From positions 20,309 through 84,308 of the forward strand of contig JAAYLA010000375.1 of NCBI GenBank assembly GCA_012522135.1: 64,000 nucleotides of DNA, given 5' to 3'. Below the pieces are notes generated by a model that worked only from the letters and a program-made list of their open reading frames with translations, was not told the DNA's origin and did not search any database. This document shows positions 29,272 through 38,772 of the stretch, in pieces. A program made the position numbers and the translations under genes. How positions within the stretch are numbered: position 1 is the first letter of the stretch; the number at the start of each line of letters is the position of its first letter. The DNA is from Bacillota bacterium (lineage in GTDB: Bacteria; Bacillota; Limnochordia; DTU080; JAAYLA01).

Positions 29272-30324
29272 ATGCAGACCCGCATTCTCCATCTTGTCTG
29301 GCAGCCAAAGCAAACGACGACCGCCGCTTCCCTCTGGAACGACATCCTTTTGCAATGCGCGGCGCAATCGCCTTACGTCGAACCTTGTCATCCGTACGAA
29401 GCCTTTGTAGATCTGACGGACGCCTGCCGGGTCGAAAACCTCCTCTGCGCGCTGAACGCTCTGCAGAAAGAAGGTGAGTTCGGCACTTTCATCCTTTCAC
29501 TGGCGCCGAACAAGTTCATCGCGCGCACGGTATCGCTGCTCGCCCTCGAGAATGCGCTGCCGCCGTCGCTCCATGTCCACCAAAGTGGGCTTGCTGTCTA
29601 TACAGAAACCGCTCCCTCACAGGCAGAGGCACTTCTCGCTTCCCTTTCGGTGCGCTGCCTCTGGTGCATCGATCGGCATGTGCGCGAGCGCCTCGTCGCT
29701 TTGGGAATAACGAAAATCGGCGAATTGCGTCGCGTGCCGCTTCCGTGGCTCGTGCAGACTTTCGGCGCCGCAACGGGGCAAACCCTGTTCGCGCTGGCAA
29801 ACGGTCGCGACGACTCGCCGGTACAGCCCCTCTACCCGCCGCGCACCGTCGAAGTATATTGGGATTTTCCGCCTGAGCAAACCGCTTACGACATGGTCGT
29901 CTTCGACCACGTATTGCGCAGTCTGACGCACAAGCTCGCTGGGCAACTGCATACACTCGGCTTGGCTTGTTCCTCTCTTTTGCTGCGTGTCGAGTCTCCC
30001 GCCGGTGTCGTAGGGCAGGCAGGTAGACTGGACGTTCCCTCTTGCACTTCCGAGGGCCTGGCGCCGCACGTTGAACGCCTCTTTCGAAAAATACCCCTAG
30101 ACGATCGCCTTTACCGGCTACACCTTATTGCAGGCGACCTCAGCCTGCCCGAAAGCAAACAAACTAGTTTTATAAGCAGCCTCATGCCGCCGTCCGCCGC
30201 GCGGGTAGACAAGGTGTTAGCCGGGGTCCGGAAACGCTTCGGAGCACAAGCCATCCAGTGTGCAGGAACGCTCAAAAGGCCAAGGCGCGAGCAAATGCGG
30301 GCGCTCTGGCACGGTACGTCTTGA
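29272..30324 (+). CDS. imuB: ImuB-like inactive Y-family polymerase (mutasome accessory subunit)
   Basis: Y-family fold. The N-terminus reads RILHLVWQPKQ where active polymerases have ILHVDMDAFFA (catalytic Asp lost, ImuB-like LW.DWP). A little-finger-like GRDDSPVQPLYPPRTVEVYWDF is present. It sits immediately upstream of dnaE2. Confidence 0.7.
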   Translation: MQTRILHLVWQPKQTTTAASLWNDILLQCAAQSPYVEPCHPYEAFVDLTDACRVENLLCALNALQKEGEFGTFILSLAPNKFIARTVSLLALENALPPSLHVHQSGLAVYTETAPSQAEALLASLSVRCLWCIDRHVRERLVALGITKIGELRRVPLPWLVQTFGAATGQTLFALANGRDDSPVQPLYPPRTVEVYWDFPPEQTAYDMVVFDHVLRSLTHKLAGQLHTLGLACSSLLLRVESPAGVVGQAGRLDVPSCTSEGLAPHVERLFRKIPLDDRLYRLHLIAGDLSLPESKQTSFISSLMPPSAARVDKVLAGVRKRFGAQAIQCAGTLKRPRREQMRALWHGTS

Positions 30325-30380
30325 ACAAGCCTGTGTACTGCGTTTCTTTTCCTGTTCTGCCGGATGGAAGGAGGAACCCC

Positions 30381-33300
30381 GTGTTTCCCCACTTGCACGT
30401 CCACTCACCTTTCTCGTTTCTTGACGGTGCCAGCAGTATCGAACGGCTTATTCAAACGGCACAAGAACAAGGAGCGAAGGTGCTCGCCCTCACCGATCAC
30501 AACAGCGTCTCGGGAATGGCCCGCTTTGCCGCGGCCGCCCGCGTGGCGGGCATCACGCCCGTCGCCGGAGCCGAAGTCACTCTCGAAGACGGCTACCACC
30601 TCGTCCTCCTGGCCAAAGAACCGGCCGGATACGCCAACTTGTGCCGCCTCCTTACCGCCGCCTACGCCCACGGAGGCCGTGAGGACCCGCGCCTGCCCTA
30701 CTCGGTGCTCCGCCGGTATCACGCAGGTCTTTTCGCCCTTTCGGGTTGCCGGCGCGGCAAAATTCCCTTCAGCATTCTGGAAGGCCGGGATAAGGAAGCT
30801 TTGGCCGCGGCCGAACAGCTCCTTTCCGTCTTTGGCAAGAGCAACTTCGCCCTTGAAATGGACGCGAGCGCGCTGCCCCGCGCCGAATATCTTAACCGGC
30901 GCTTGAATGATCTGGCCGAACATTTGCGCATTCCGATCGTCGCCACCGCCGACGTGCATTACGCTACAAAGGACGACTTTTACCTGCACGATCTGCTCAC
31001 ATGCGTCCGGACCGGGACCACCCTATCGGACGTCCATCCCGAAAGGCGACTGAACGCGGAAAACTACCTGCAGCCGCGCCGCGTCCTGGAACAGCGGTTG
31101 GCCGCTTATCCGCAGGCAATAAAAAACGCCTTTCGCATCGCGGAAATGTGCGCCGATGCGTTTCCGAACGGTCAACCCCAACTTCCCGAATTCCCGGTAC
31201 CGTCCGGCCACACGCCCGCCGAGTACTTGCGCTACCTCACGTACCAAGGAGCTGAAAAGCGCTACGGCCGCATCACACGGGTCATTCGCGAACGCCTCGA
31301 GCACGAGCTGCATATTATTACCAAGCTCGGCGTTGAATCGTATTTTCTTATCGTATGGGATCTCGTGCGCTACGCCCGCCGGCGCGGCATCCGCCACGCA
31401 GGGCGCGGTTCGGCGGCCGATTCCGCCGTCGCCTACGCCCTGCACATCACCAATGTCGACGCCATAGAGCGCGGCTTGCTTTTCGAACGCTTTCTTAGCC
31501 TGGAACGCTCCCAGATGCCCGACATCGACGTCGACTTCGACGCCCGCTACCGCGACGAGATCGCCGATTACGTCTTCCGGCGCTACGGTGCCGAGCACGT
31601 CGCCTCGGTCTGCACGTTCAGCACCTATCGCGCCCGCTCTGCTTTGCGCGACCTGGGCAAAGCCATGGGTTTTTCCCCGGATGAACTCGATGCGCTGGCC
31701 AAATCCGTACCCCACATCCCCGCCGACGGCGTGCGCAAGGCCATTTCGCGCGTTCCCGAGCTGCGCGACAGCGGCCTGCCCTTTGAACGCTACGAAACGC
31801 TCTTTGCCTTTTGCGAGCAGGTGGCGGGTTTCCCCCGGCACATCGGCACTCACCTAGGGGGACTTGTGATCAGCAAAGATCCTATTACCACGCTCTCGCC
31901 CGTCCAGACGTCGGCCAAAGGCGCTGCCATCATCCAGTTCGACAAGGATGACATCGAAGCGCTGGGCCTTATCAAGATCGATTTGCTCTCCCTGCGCACC
32001 CTCTCTGCGCTCGAAGACGCGGTGGTCACCATCAACAGACAAAATGCGCGCCACGGCCGGCCCGCCGTCGATCCCGAAAACATTCCGCAAGGTGACGAAG
32101 CCACTTACGAGATGCTCCGCGCGGGCGAAACGATCGGCGTCTTCCAGCTCGAAAGCCCAGCCCAAAGGGGCCTGCAGACACGCTTGGAAGCCAATAAGAT
32201 GGAAGATCTCGTCGCCAGCGTCGCGCTCATACGTCCTGGCCCCATCCAAGGCCAGATGGTCGAGCCGTTCCTGGCCCGCCGCAGCGGCTTGGAACCCGTC
32301 ACCTACTTGCATCCGGCCCTGCGCCCGATCCTCGAAAAAACGTACGGCGTGGTGTTGTACCAGGAGCAGGTGATCGAAATCGCTACCGTTATCGCGGGGT
32401 TTACGGCAGGCGAAGCCGACAAATTGCGCAAGACAATGACACACTATCGCTCAGAACGGGAAATGGAGCGCATCGGCGAACACTTCATCGCCCGCGCCAT
32501 GGGCCGTGGCATCGACCGTCAAACCGCCGAGACGATCTTCTCGTACATCCGCGGGTACGCCGGGTACGGTTTCTGCGAAGCCCACGCGGCCGCCTTCGCC
32601 GACACGGCTTACAAAACGGCTTATCTTATACGCCATTACCCCGAGCACTTCTACGCGGCTATTTTGAACCACTACCCCATGGGCTTTTACCCTCCCAACA
32701 CCATTTGCCTTGCGGCCAGAAGGCGCGGGGTCACCATTTTACCGCCCGACATCAACGCGAGTGAAGACGTATGCACCGCAGCCGACGGCAAGATCCGCAT
32801 CGGCCTCAAGTTCGTCCGTACCATGGAATCAGCCGTCTTGGAGCAAATTTTGGCGGACCGCCGGCGGGGCGGCCCCTACACGTCTTTACCGAACTTCCTA
32901 AGCCGCGTCCGCATCCCTAAAGACACCTTGGAACAGCTCATCTTGGGCGGTTGCTTCGACACCTTCTCGCCCAACCGACGGGCACTCCTCTGGCAAGTAC
33001 AGGCTTACCTGGGCTGGTACGCTCCCCAAGGTGCCAGAAGGCAGCAAGGCCCCGGCCGTCCCGTGCAAAGCAGCCTGGTCCAGGTGGGTCTGCAGGTCAG
33101 GGAAGACTCCGGCACGCCGATCGACGACTTCCCGCCCTACGAGCGCCATGTATACGAGTACGCGGCCCTCGGCTTCAACCCGGGAGAGCACTTCATGAGC
33201 CATTTTCGCAAGCACCTTCTCGCCTGCGGCGCGGACGACACTCGCAGCATACGCAGGCGCCCCCGCGGGAAGTGGGCGAAGATCGCAGGGCTTGTGATCC

Positions 33301-33524
33301 GCCCCCACAAACCGCCGACGAAAAGCGGACGGACCGTCGTCTACTTTTCTCTGGAAGACGAGTTCGGACAAGTCGACGTCACAGCTTTCGAAAACATTTA
33401 CCAAAAGTACGGCCGGCTCATCTACCACGCGCCGCTCCTTTGGGTCGAAGGTCCCGTAGAATGGCGCGGCAGGGGCGTCAGCGTCATCGCGCGACGCATC
33501 GCGGCCTTCCGTTCACCGACCTGA
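30381..33524 (+). CDS. dnaE2: error-prone DNA polymerase DnaE2 (ImuC)
   Basis: GTG start after GGAAGGAGGAA; N-terminal PHP domain FPHLHVHSPFSFLDGAS; ~1047 aa without a tau-binding tail; downstream of imuB and the LexA boxes. Confidence 0.85.
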   Translation: MFPHLHVHSPFSFLDGASSIERLIQTAQEQGAKVLALTDHNSVSGMARFAAAARVAGITPVAGAEVTLEDGYHLVLLAKEPAGYANLCRLLTAAYAHGGREDPRLPYSVLRRYHAGLFALSGCRRGKIPFSILEGRDKEALAAAEQLLSVFGKSNFALEMDASALPRAEYLNRRLNDLAEHLRIPIVATADVHYATKDDFYLHDLLTCVRTGTTLSDVHPERRLNAENYLQPRRVLEQRLAAYPQAIKNAFRIAEMCADAFPNGQPQLPEFPVPSGHTPAEYLRYLTYQGAEKRYGRITRVIRERLEHELHIITKLGVESYFLIVWDLVRYARRRGIRHAGRGSAADSAVAYALHITNVDAIERGLLFERFLSLERSQMPDIDVDFDARYRDEIADYVFRRYGAEHVASVCTFSTYRARSALRDLGKAMGFSPDELDALAKSVPHIPADGVRKAISRVPELRDSGLPFERYETLFAFCEQVAGFPRHIGTHLGGLVISKDPITTLSPVQTSAKGAAIIQFDKDDIEALGLIKIDLLSLRTLSALEDAVVTINRQNARHGRPAVDPENIPQGDEATYEMLRAGETIGVFQLESPAQRGLQTRLEANKMEDLVASVALIRPGPIQGQMVEPFLARRSGLEPVTYLHPALRPILEKTYGVVLYQEQVIEIATVIAGFTAGEADKLRKTMTHYRSEREMERIGEHFIARAMGRGIDRQTAETIFSYIRGYAGYGFCEAHAAAFADTAYKTAYLIRHYPEHFYAAILNHYPMGFYPPNTICLAARRRGVTILPPDINASEDVCTAADGKIRIGLKFVRTMESAVLEQILADRRRGGPYTSLPNFLSRVRIPKDTLEQLILGGCFDTFSPNRRALLWQVQAYLGWYAPQGARRQQGPGRPVQSSLVQVGLQVREDSGTPIDDFPPYERHVYEYAALGFNPGEHFMSHFRKHLLACGADDTRSIRRRPRGKWAKIAGLVIRPHKPPTKSGRTVVYFSLEDEFGQVDVTAFENIYQKYGRLIYHAPLLWVEGPVEWRGRGVSVIARRIAAFRSPT

Positions 33525-33528
33525 CCCT

Positions 33529-34293
33529 TCAGCCCATGTACGAACCGCCGTTGATGCAAAGCATCTGCCCCGTCATATGGTCCGACAAGTCCGAAGCCAG
33601 GAACAGCACTCCCTTTGCGATGTCCTCCACGTCGGCAAGCCGCCCCAACGGGATGCTTTCCACGAGACGCCGCCGCGCCTCGAGATCGTGCAAGCCGAAC
33701 CGTTCGATCACATCCTGAGTCAGCGTGAACCCGGGGAGGAGCGCGTTGACCTGCACGTAAGGGGCCAACTCCAAAGCGAGGCACTTCGTCAGCGCCAAGA
33801 CGCCGGCCTTCGCAGCGCAGTAGTTCGCGCCCTTCATCCTTCCCCGCAAGGCCGAAGCCGCCGACACGTTGACGATCTTGCCCCGCCTTCTGGCCATCAT
33901 CCCCCGGGCCACGACTTGCGAACAGAGGAAGGTGCCCCGCAAGTTGACGTCGATCACCCGGTCCCACGCTTCATCGCTCATTTCGGCAAGAGGCACGTCG
34001 ACCGCTATCCCCGCGTTATTCATCAGAAAGTCGATGCGACCGAAGGCACTCTCCACCCGGGCGACCATCCCTTCGACCTCGCTCCGCACCGAGACGTCGG
34101 CCTGTACCGCCATCGCCTTTCCGCCCCACGACCGAATCTCCTCGACCACGTCCTCGGCTTCCTTGCGAGAACGGGAGTAGTTTACGGCCACGGCCATGCC
34201 ATGGCGCGCGAGGCACCGGGCCACCCCGCGTCCGATGCCCCTGCTCGCGCCCGTGATCAGACCGACCTGCCCCGCAAGAGAGATCATGCACAT
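33529..34293 (-). CDS. SDR family oxidoreductase (FabG-like 3-oxoacyl-ACP reductase family)
   Basis: GLITGASRGIGRG Rossmann motif, NNAG, and a YCAAK catalytic Tyr/Lys; ATG after GGAAGGGG. The ORF-track start at 34668 is a long extension. Confidence 0.8.
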   Translation of the reverse strand: MCMISLAGQVGLITGASRGIGRGVARCLARHGMAVAVNYSRSRKEAEDVVEEIRSWGGKAMAVQADVSVRSEVEGMVARVESAFGRIDFLMNNAGIAVDVPLAEMSDEAWDRVIDVNLRGTFLCSQVVARGMMARRRGKIVNVSAASALRGRMKGANYCAAKAGVLALTKCLALELAPYVQVNALLPGFTLTQDVIERFGLHDLEARRRLVESIPLGRLADVEDIAKGVLFLASDLSDHMTGQMLCINGGSYMG

Positions 34294-34380
34294 CTGCCCC
34301 TTCCAACGCCGTACTGCCTCATCCTTATGCGGCGATGTCCGCGGACTTGCTCCCCTCCCCGTTGCAAGCGGCGGTCCGGC

Positions 34381-34396
34381 TGTGATGTATCGCACA
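34381..34396. promoter_or_regulatory. CRP-like site TGTGATGTATCGCACA (TGTGA-N6-gCACA)
   Basis: One mismatch from the CRP consensus palindrome; ~113 bp upstream of the DUF2249a-nnrS1 operon, in the divergent region with the SDR gene. Confidence 0.45.
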
Positions 34397-34508
34397 TTAC
34401 TTTGTGGTCCAACCGGCTGCACCGCCTTCCGGAGCGTGCCACAATGAAAGTGCACGACGTTCCCGCAGACCGCACACGGAAAAAACTGTCCCGAGGGAGG
34501 AATGGCCG

Positions 34509-34769
34509 ATGCATCCTTGGCCCGAGTTGACCCGGCGCATCGAGCTCGACAACCGCGGACTTGAGCCCCCGGAGCCGATGGTGCGCATCTTGACCGCCCT
34601 GAAACATTTAGGGGACGGCGAGTACATTTTGGCCCACAACGATCGTGAGCCCATGTTTCTCTATCCACGGCTCGACGAGATGGGTTACGTGTACCGGGCC
34701 GAGCTGCAGGAGGACGGTTCTTGCCTCATTGCCATCCGCAAACCTCATGGCGGGGAGACAAGACCGTGA
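34509..34769 (+). CDS. DUF2249 domain protein (paralog a)
   Basis: LDNRGLEPPEPMVRILTALKHLGDGEYILAHNDREPMFLYPRLDEMGY matches the DUF2249 pattern; GAGGGAGGAA RBS. Confidence 0.7.
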   Translation: MHPWPELTRRIELDNRGLEPPEPMVRILTALKHLGDGEYILAHNDREPMFLYPRLDEMGYVYRAELQEDGSCLIAIRKPHGGETRP

Positions 34770-36040
34770 ACTTGCCCGGACTGGACGTAGAAAGCAGACC
34801 CCGGCCGGCGGTGCCGTCCCTGTACATCCAGACGGGCCTGCTTTTTCTCATCGGCGCGGCCGCGGTAATCGCTCTGCACCCTGGAGCGCTCATGGCCTCG
34901 CCCCGCCACAACCCGGTGACGCTCGTGGTCACCCACATGCTGGTTCTGGGCTTCGGCACGCTCATCACCTTCGGGGCCCTCGAGCAAATGGTACCGGTCA
35001 TCACAGGGCGCAAGGTCACCTCGGAACGCTACAGCCGCACGGCTTATGCCCTGTTTGTTCCCGGACTCCTGCTGCAGCTCGCGGGCTTTGCCGCGTGGCA
35101 GCCCTATCTGATCGCGGCCGGCGGAACCCTCATCACCTTGGGTACGGCGCTCTTTACGCTGCCTTACGTTCCGACCCTGTGGGAGCGCCTGCGGAGCGAC
35201 TTGACTGCTCCGTTCATCTTCTCGTCCCTCATCTACGTCAATTTGACCGTGTTCCTGGGTGTCGCGTCGGCCGTGCAGCTCAAAACCCTCTGGTGGCCGT
35301 GGCTGTTTTGGCACGGGCTGCCCTTCCACCTCATACTGGGAGGCCTCGGCTGGTTCACGCAGATTATCATCGGGGTGTCCTACAAGCTCATTCCTATGTT
35401 CATTACTACGACCGGCGCCGGTGATCTCCATGTGCGGCGCGTCTGCGCCTCGTTCAACATAGGCCTTCTGCTTGCCCTGCTCTCGGCCGCAGGCAGCTGG
35501 ACGGCCGGCGCCGCGGCAGGGCTGACCGTGGTAGGTGTGACATGTGCCGTGTACGCTTGGGATGTGCGCGGGATGGTCAAACGACGCATCCGCCGGCGCA
35601 TCGGGGCGGGAATGAAGCAAAGCCTGGTCGCCGTGTTGTACTTGATCCTTGCGGCTGCTCTGTCCGCCCTGCTCCTGGCCCGGGCCCTGCCCATAGACGG
35701 CCTGTCCGCAGACCGGTGGGTCGTCGTCGCCGGCCTGCTCTTCGCCTGCGGCTGGGTGGGGAGCGTGATCCTTGGCATGCTGTCCAAAATCGTGCCCATG
35801 CTCGTCTGGCTCGATCTGTTTGCCGGCCGCGTGGGTGAGCGGGATACGCCTACCATAGCCCAGTTGATCGACGAACGAGCCGTCGGGTTGGGAGGAATCG
35901 GCTACCACGCAGGTCTTCTTACCCTTGCCGTCGCTTTCGCCGCGGGACACCCGGTCGCTGCCACATGGGCGGCCGCATTGTTTCTCCTCGGCGTGGTCGT
36001 CCTGGCCGGCACGCTGATCGGAGTCTGGTCGGCGCGCTGA
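34766..36040 (+). CDS. NnrS-like 12-TM membrane protein (paralog 1)
   Basis: The GTG start overlaps the DUF2249a stop (GTGA). ~12 TM helices with conserved His; paralogous to 36726..37979 (NPVTLVVTHMLVLGFGTLITFGALEQMVPV vs HPLILGVVHATVLGWGVSVALGSLQQMAPV). The NnrS family assignment is tentative. Confidence 0.55.
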   Translation: MNLPGLDVESRPRPAVPSLYIQTGLLFLIGAAAVIALHPGALMASPRHNPVTLVVTHMLVLGFGTLITFGALEQMVPVITGRKVTSERYSRTAYALFVPGLLLQLAGFAAWQPYLIAAGGTLITLGTALFTLPYVPTLWERLRSDLTAPFIFSSLIYVNLTVFLGVASAVQLKTLWWPWLFWHGLPFHLILGGLGWFTQIIIGVSYKLIPMFITTTGAGDLHVRRVCASFNIGLLLALLSAAGSWTAGAAAGLTVVGVTCAVYAWDVRGMVKRRIRRRIGAGMKQSLVAVLYLILAAALSALLLARALPIDGLSADRWVVVAGLLFACGWVGSVILGMLSKIVPMLVWLDLFAGRVGERDTPTIAQLIDERAVGLGGIGYHAGLLTLAVAFAAGHPVAATWAAALFLLGVVVLAGTLIGVWSAR

Positions 36041-36110
36041 GACCGGTCTTCACGTATCGAGGCTGGGTGGCATGAACGTACTCGCATTACCGGACTAGGA
36101 GGAAGGAAAT

Positions 36111-36416
36111 GTGGAAGCGCGTTTGGATACCGTGCGGGAGGCGCTGCGCAGCGTCGTCGATCCCGAGCTGCATTTGAACATCGTCGACTTGGGGCTGATT
36201 TACAGCATTAAAGAGTCCGCCCCGGGAAAAGTGCACATCACGATGACGCTCACGACTCCGGGCTGCCCCGTCGGTTCGGCGATCCTGCAGGCCGTCGAGC
36301 GAGTCGTGGAGCAGCTGCCCGGCATCGAGGAAGTCGACGTCGAGCTGACCTTTGAACCGCGCTGGACACCGGAGTTCATCACAGACGAAGGCCGCCGCTT
36401 CCTGAACATGCTGTGA
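36111..36416 (+). CDS. DUF59 / MIP18-family Fe-S cluster assembly protein (SufT-like)
   Basis: VVDPELHLNIVDLGLIYSI...TLTTPGCP, typical of the PF01883 family; GTG after AGGAGGAAGGAAA. Confidence 0.75.
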   Translation: MEARLDTVREALRSVVDPELHLNIVDLGLIYSIKESAPGKVHITMTLTTPGCPVGSAILQAVERVVEQLPGIEEVDVELTFEPRWTPEFITDEGRRFLNML

Positions 36417-36489
36417 GGTCGGAGCGGAAGTGCAAAGCGGTCACCCCGATCGAACGTCTCCTGAATCAACGTTCTTGGAGGTGATAAGA

Positions 36490-36720
36490 ATGACAGAGCC
36501 CATTGTATTGGATGTGCGGGAAGATCTGCGCCGAGGACGCGAGCCCTTTCACAAGATCATGGCAGCCGTCGACGCTCTGGCGCCCGGTCAGGAGCTCATT
36601 CTCCTCTGTTCGCTCGAACCCCGCCCTTTGTATAAAGTGCTGGGCGCGAAGGGCTTTTCTCACCGCACAGAGGAAAGCGACGACGGGGACTGGAAGGTCA
36701 CGTTTTTCCGGCCGGAGTAG
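36490..36720 (+). CDS. DUF2249 domain protein (paralog b)
   Basis: VLDVREDLRRGREPFHKIMAAVDALAPGQELILLCSLEPRPLYKVLGAKGF; GGAGGTGA RBS. Confidence 0.7.
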   Translation: MTEPIVLDVREDLRRGREPFHKIMAAVDALAPGQELILLCSLEPRPLYKVLGAKGFSHRTEESDDGDWKVTFFRPE

Positions 36721-36725
36721 AACGC

Positions 36726-37979
36726 TCAGCGCATCAAAGTCCGCAACAAGTTGCCGGTGGCGACCAGGGCGCCGAGGCTCATCAGCACCGCATACCCTGT
36801 GACGTTGAACCCGAAAGGCGCGACCGCCAAGAGCCCGATCAAACCGGCATTATAAAGCGCAAGTCCGAGCCAGGCCGCGCCCTCGTGCACCATGTGACGA
36901 AAAGAGGGGACGCCTGGCTCGTCCGTTCGGTGCCAGTATTTATTGTGCCAGACGAAAAAGGGCAGGATGCGGTGAAGGTATCCTAGAATGGCGCAGCTGA
37001 GCCACCCGAAAAGACCGGCCAGACCCAACCACGCTACGAACCGGCCGTTTGCGCCCAGCCACGGAAAGGCGATAGCCCCCGCCGCGACCGCAGCTCCATA
37101 CAGGTGGGACAGCCGCACGTAGGTGACCATCGGATGCATCCGGACAGTCGGCCTGGGGGCAAAAACGGCCCGGGTGTCCCATAAAAAGAGAAGGACCGAC
37201 GCCGCGACCACGACGCGGCCCGCCTGCGCAAGCCAAGGAAGGCCCGCACCGCCGCCGAAGGCTAAGGCCCCGATTCCCGCGTGGAGCATCACGACGACGG
37301 GCCGGTCGAAGTTGGGAGCGAACTTCTTCGGCGTCAGACCGAAAAAGGGCAAAAGGTGGTACGAGATGCCCAGAACGAGCATGGCGAACCAGCCCACGAG
37401 CCCCGCCGCGGTGTGAGCGGCAAAGGCAGCTTGCCATCCGGATCCCAGCCAATTCGCAGCAAGGTTGACGGCGAGCGCGGCGCCGAGGAGCACCGTCACG
37501 GCCAGGTAGAAAAGGGCACTCTTTACGAAGGGCCGGATGCGCGACGCCGCTGGACTGCCGCCCGGAGCCATCGTGCGGACCACATTGACCAGGGCCGTCC
37601 CGACCGCCAGGAGCACGAGAAGGCTGCCGAGCACGAGGAGAACCGGGGCAAAGCGCACCATCCCCCACACCAGACAGGCGACTCCTATGCCGAAGCCGTA
37701 GGCACCGGCCGCGGCCAGGTGTTCACTGTAAAGCCCCGTACCGAAGACGACGGGAGCCATCTGCTGCAGCGAGCCGAGCGCTACGCTGACGCCCCACCCG
37801 AGCACCGTCGCGTGCACCACGCCCAGGATGAGCGGATGCCGGTACAGCCCCGACTCGTACGGAACGGCGGCGAAGGGTAAGAGCACCGCGACCCCCGCAA
37901 AGGCTAGGAGCCCGAACGCAAAGTAAGGGCCTAATGCGAACAGGGGGACGAGATTGTCGCGGGTGACCCGGATGCCCAC
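36726..37979 (-). CDS. NnrS-like 12-TM membrane protein (paralog 2)
   Basis: The GTG start sits directly after the TAA of the upstream regulator gene; paralog of 34766..36040. Confidence 0.55.
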   Translation of the reverse strand: MGIRVTRDNLVPLFALGPYFAFGLLAFAGVAVLLPFAAVPYESGLYRHPLILGVVHATVLGWGVSVALGSLQQMAPVVFGTGLYSEHLAAAGAYGFGIGVACLVWGMVRFAPVLLVLGSLLVLLAVGTALVNVVRTMAPGGSPAASRIRPFVKSALFYLAVTVLLGAALAVNLAANWLGSGWQAAFAAHTAAGLVGWFAMLVLGISYHLLPFFGLTPKKFAPNFDRPVVVMLHAGIGALAFGGGAGLPWLAQAGRVVVAASVLLFLWDTRAVFAPRPTVRMHPMVTYVRLSHLYGAAVAAGAIAFPWLGANGRFVAWLGLAGLFGWLSCAILGYLHRILPFFVWHNKYWHRTDEPGVPSFRHMVHEGAAWLGLALYNAGLIGLLAVAPFGFNVTGYAVLMSLGALVATGNLLRTLMR

Positions 37980-38666
37980 TTACGCCTCACTCCACGATTG
38001 CAAGATGAGGGGCTTGAGCACGATGATGCGGGAACCCTCGATCCGCAAGACTCCCTCCCGCTGAAACTGCTGCAAAAGGCGGGTGGCCGTCTCGCGTGAG
38101 GCCCCGATCCAACTGCCCAGCTCTTGCCGCGTCAACGACAAATCGACCTCGATGCCCTCCTCGGTGGCCCGGCCGTGGCGCTCGCACAGATCGAGGATGC
38201 GGCGGGCCAAGCGGGCCGCCACGTTCTGCAGCGACATCCGCGTAATCTCCTCCTGCGACTCGCGCATCCGTTGGGCCAAGAGTCGCAGCATGCGCATGAG
38301 GATGTCGGGATTCGCCAGGGCGATGCGCTCGAAGTCGGAAAACTGGATTTGAGCGAGTTCGGAATCTTCCAACACCTCGGCGTTCGCCGGGTACGGACCG
38401 CCGTCGAGGAACGGAACGACGGCTACGGGTTCGCCGTCTCCGAGGAGGTGTAAAATCTGCTCCCGCCCGTCGGCGGCCAACCGATACACTTTCACCCTGC
38501 CCGTGTAGATGAAAAACAGCGCCCGGCTCGGCTCGCCTTCCACGAAGAGGATTTGTCCCTTGCGGTAGCGCGCCGTGACGACGACGGGCTCGAGAAGTCT
38601 TCTCTGCTCGTCCGACAGCCCGGAGAAAAAGGGAATGCGGCGCAAGACGTACTGTGCACGCTCCAT
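37980..38666 (-). CDS. Crp/Fnr-family transcriptional regulator (CRP-like recognition helix)
   Basis: N-terminal cNMP-binding-like beta-roll and a C-terminal HTH with RETATRLL (R-E-xxx-R as in E. coli CRP); ATG after AGGAGGG. Confidence 0.8.
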   Translation of the reverse strand: MERAQYVLRRIPFFSGLSDEQRRLLEPVVVTARYRKGQILFVEGEPSRALFFIYTGRVKVYRLAADGREQILHLLGDGEPVAVVPFLDGGPYPANAEVLEDSELAQIQFSDFERIALANPDILMRMLRLLAQRMRESQEEITRMSLQNVAARLARRILDLCERHGRATEEGIEVDLSLTRQELGSWIGASRETATRLLQQFQREGVLRIEGSRIIVLKPLILQSWSEA

Positions 38667-38772
38667 GGGGCCCTCCTGTACCGGTGCGGGATGTTTCCAG
38701 TCTACCAGATCGACGGGCCCGAAACCACTGTGACAGGCATCGGTAGGCAGGTGCCGCGGGGCGGACGCGCGT

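Noticed and set aside
33577-34530. 317-aa plus-strand ORF
   Set aside because: Antisense to the SDR gene, whose Rossmann and catalytic motifs are clear on the minus strand.
34745-35950. 401-aa minus-strand ORF
   Set aside because: Antisense shadow of the NnrS-like paralog 1. Charged, Gly/Arg-rich composition that is not protein-like.
36940-37668. 242-aa minus-strand ORF
   Set aside because: Alternative frame inside the NnrS-like paralog 2 gene; its composition is Arg/Gly/Pro-rich.
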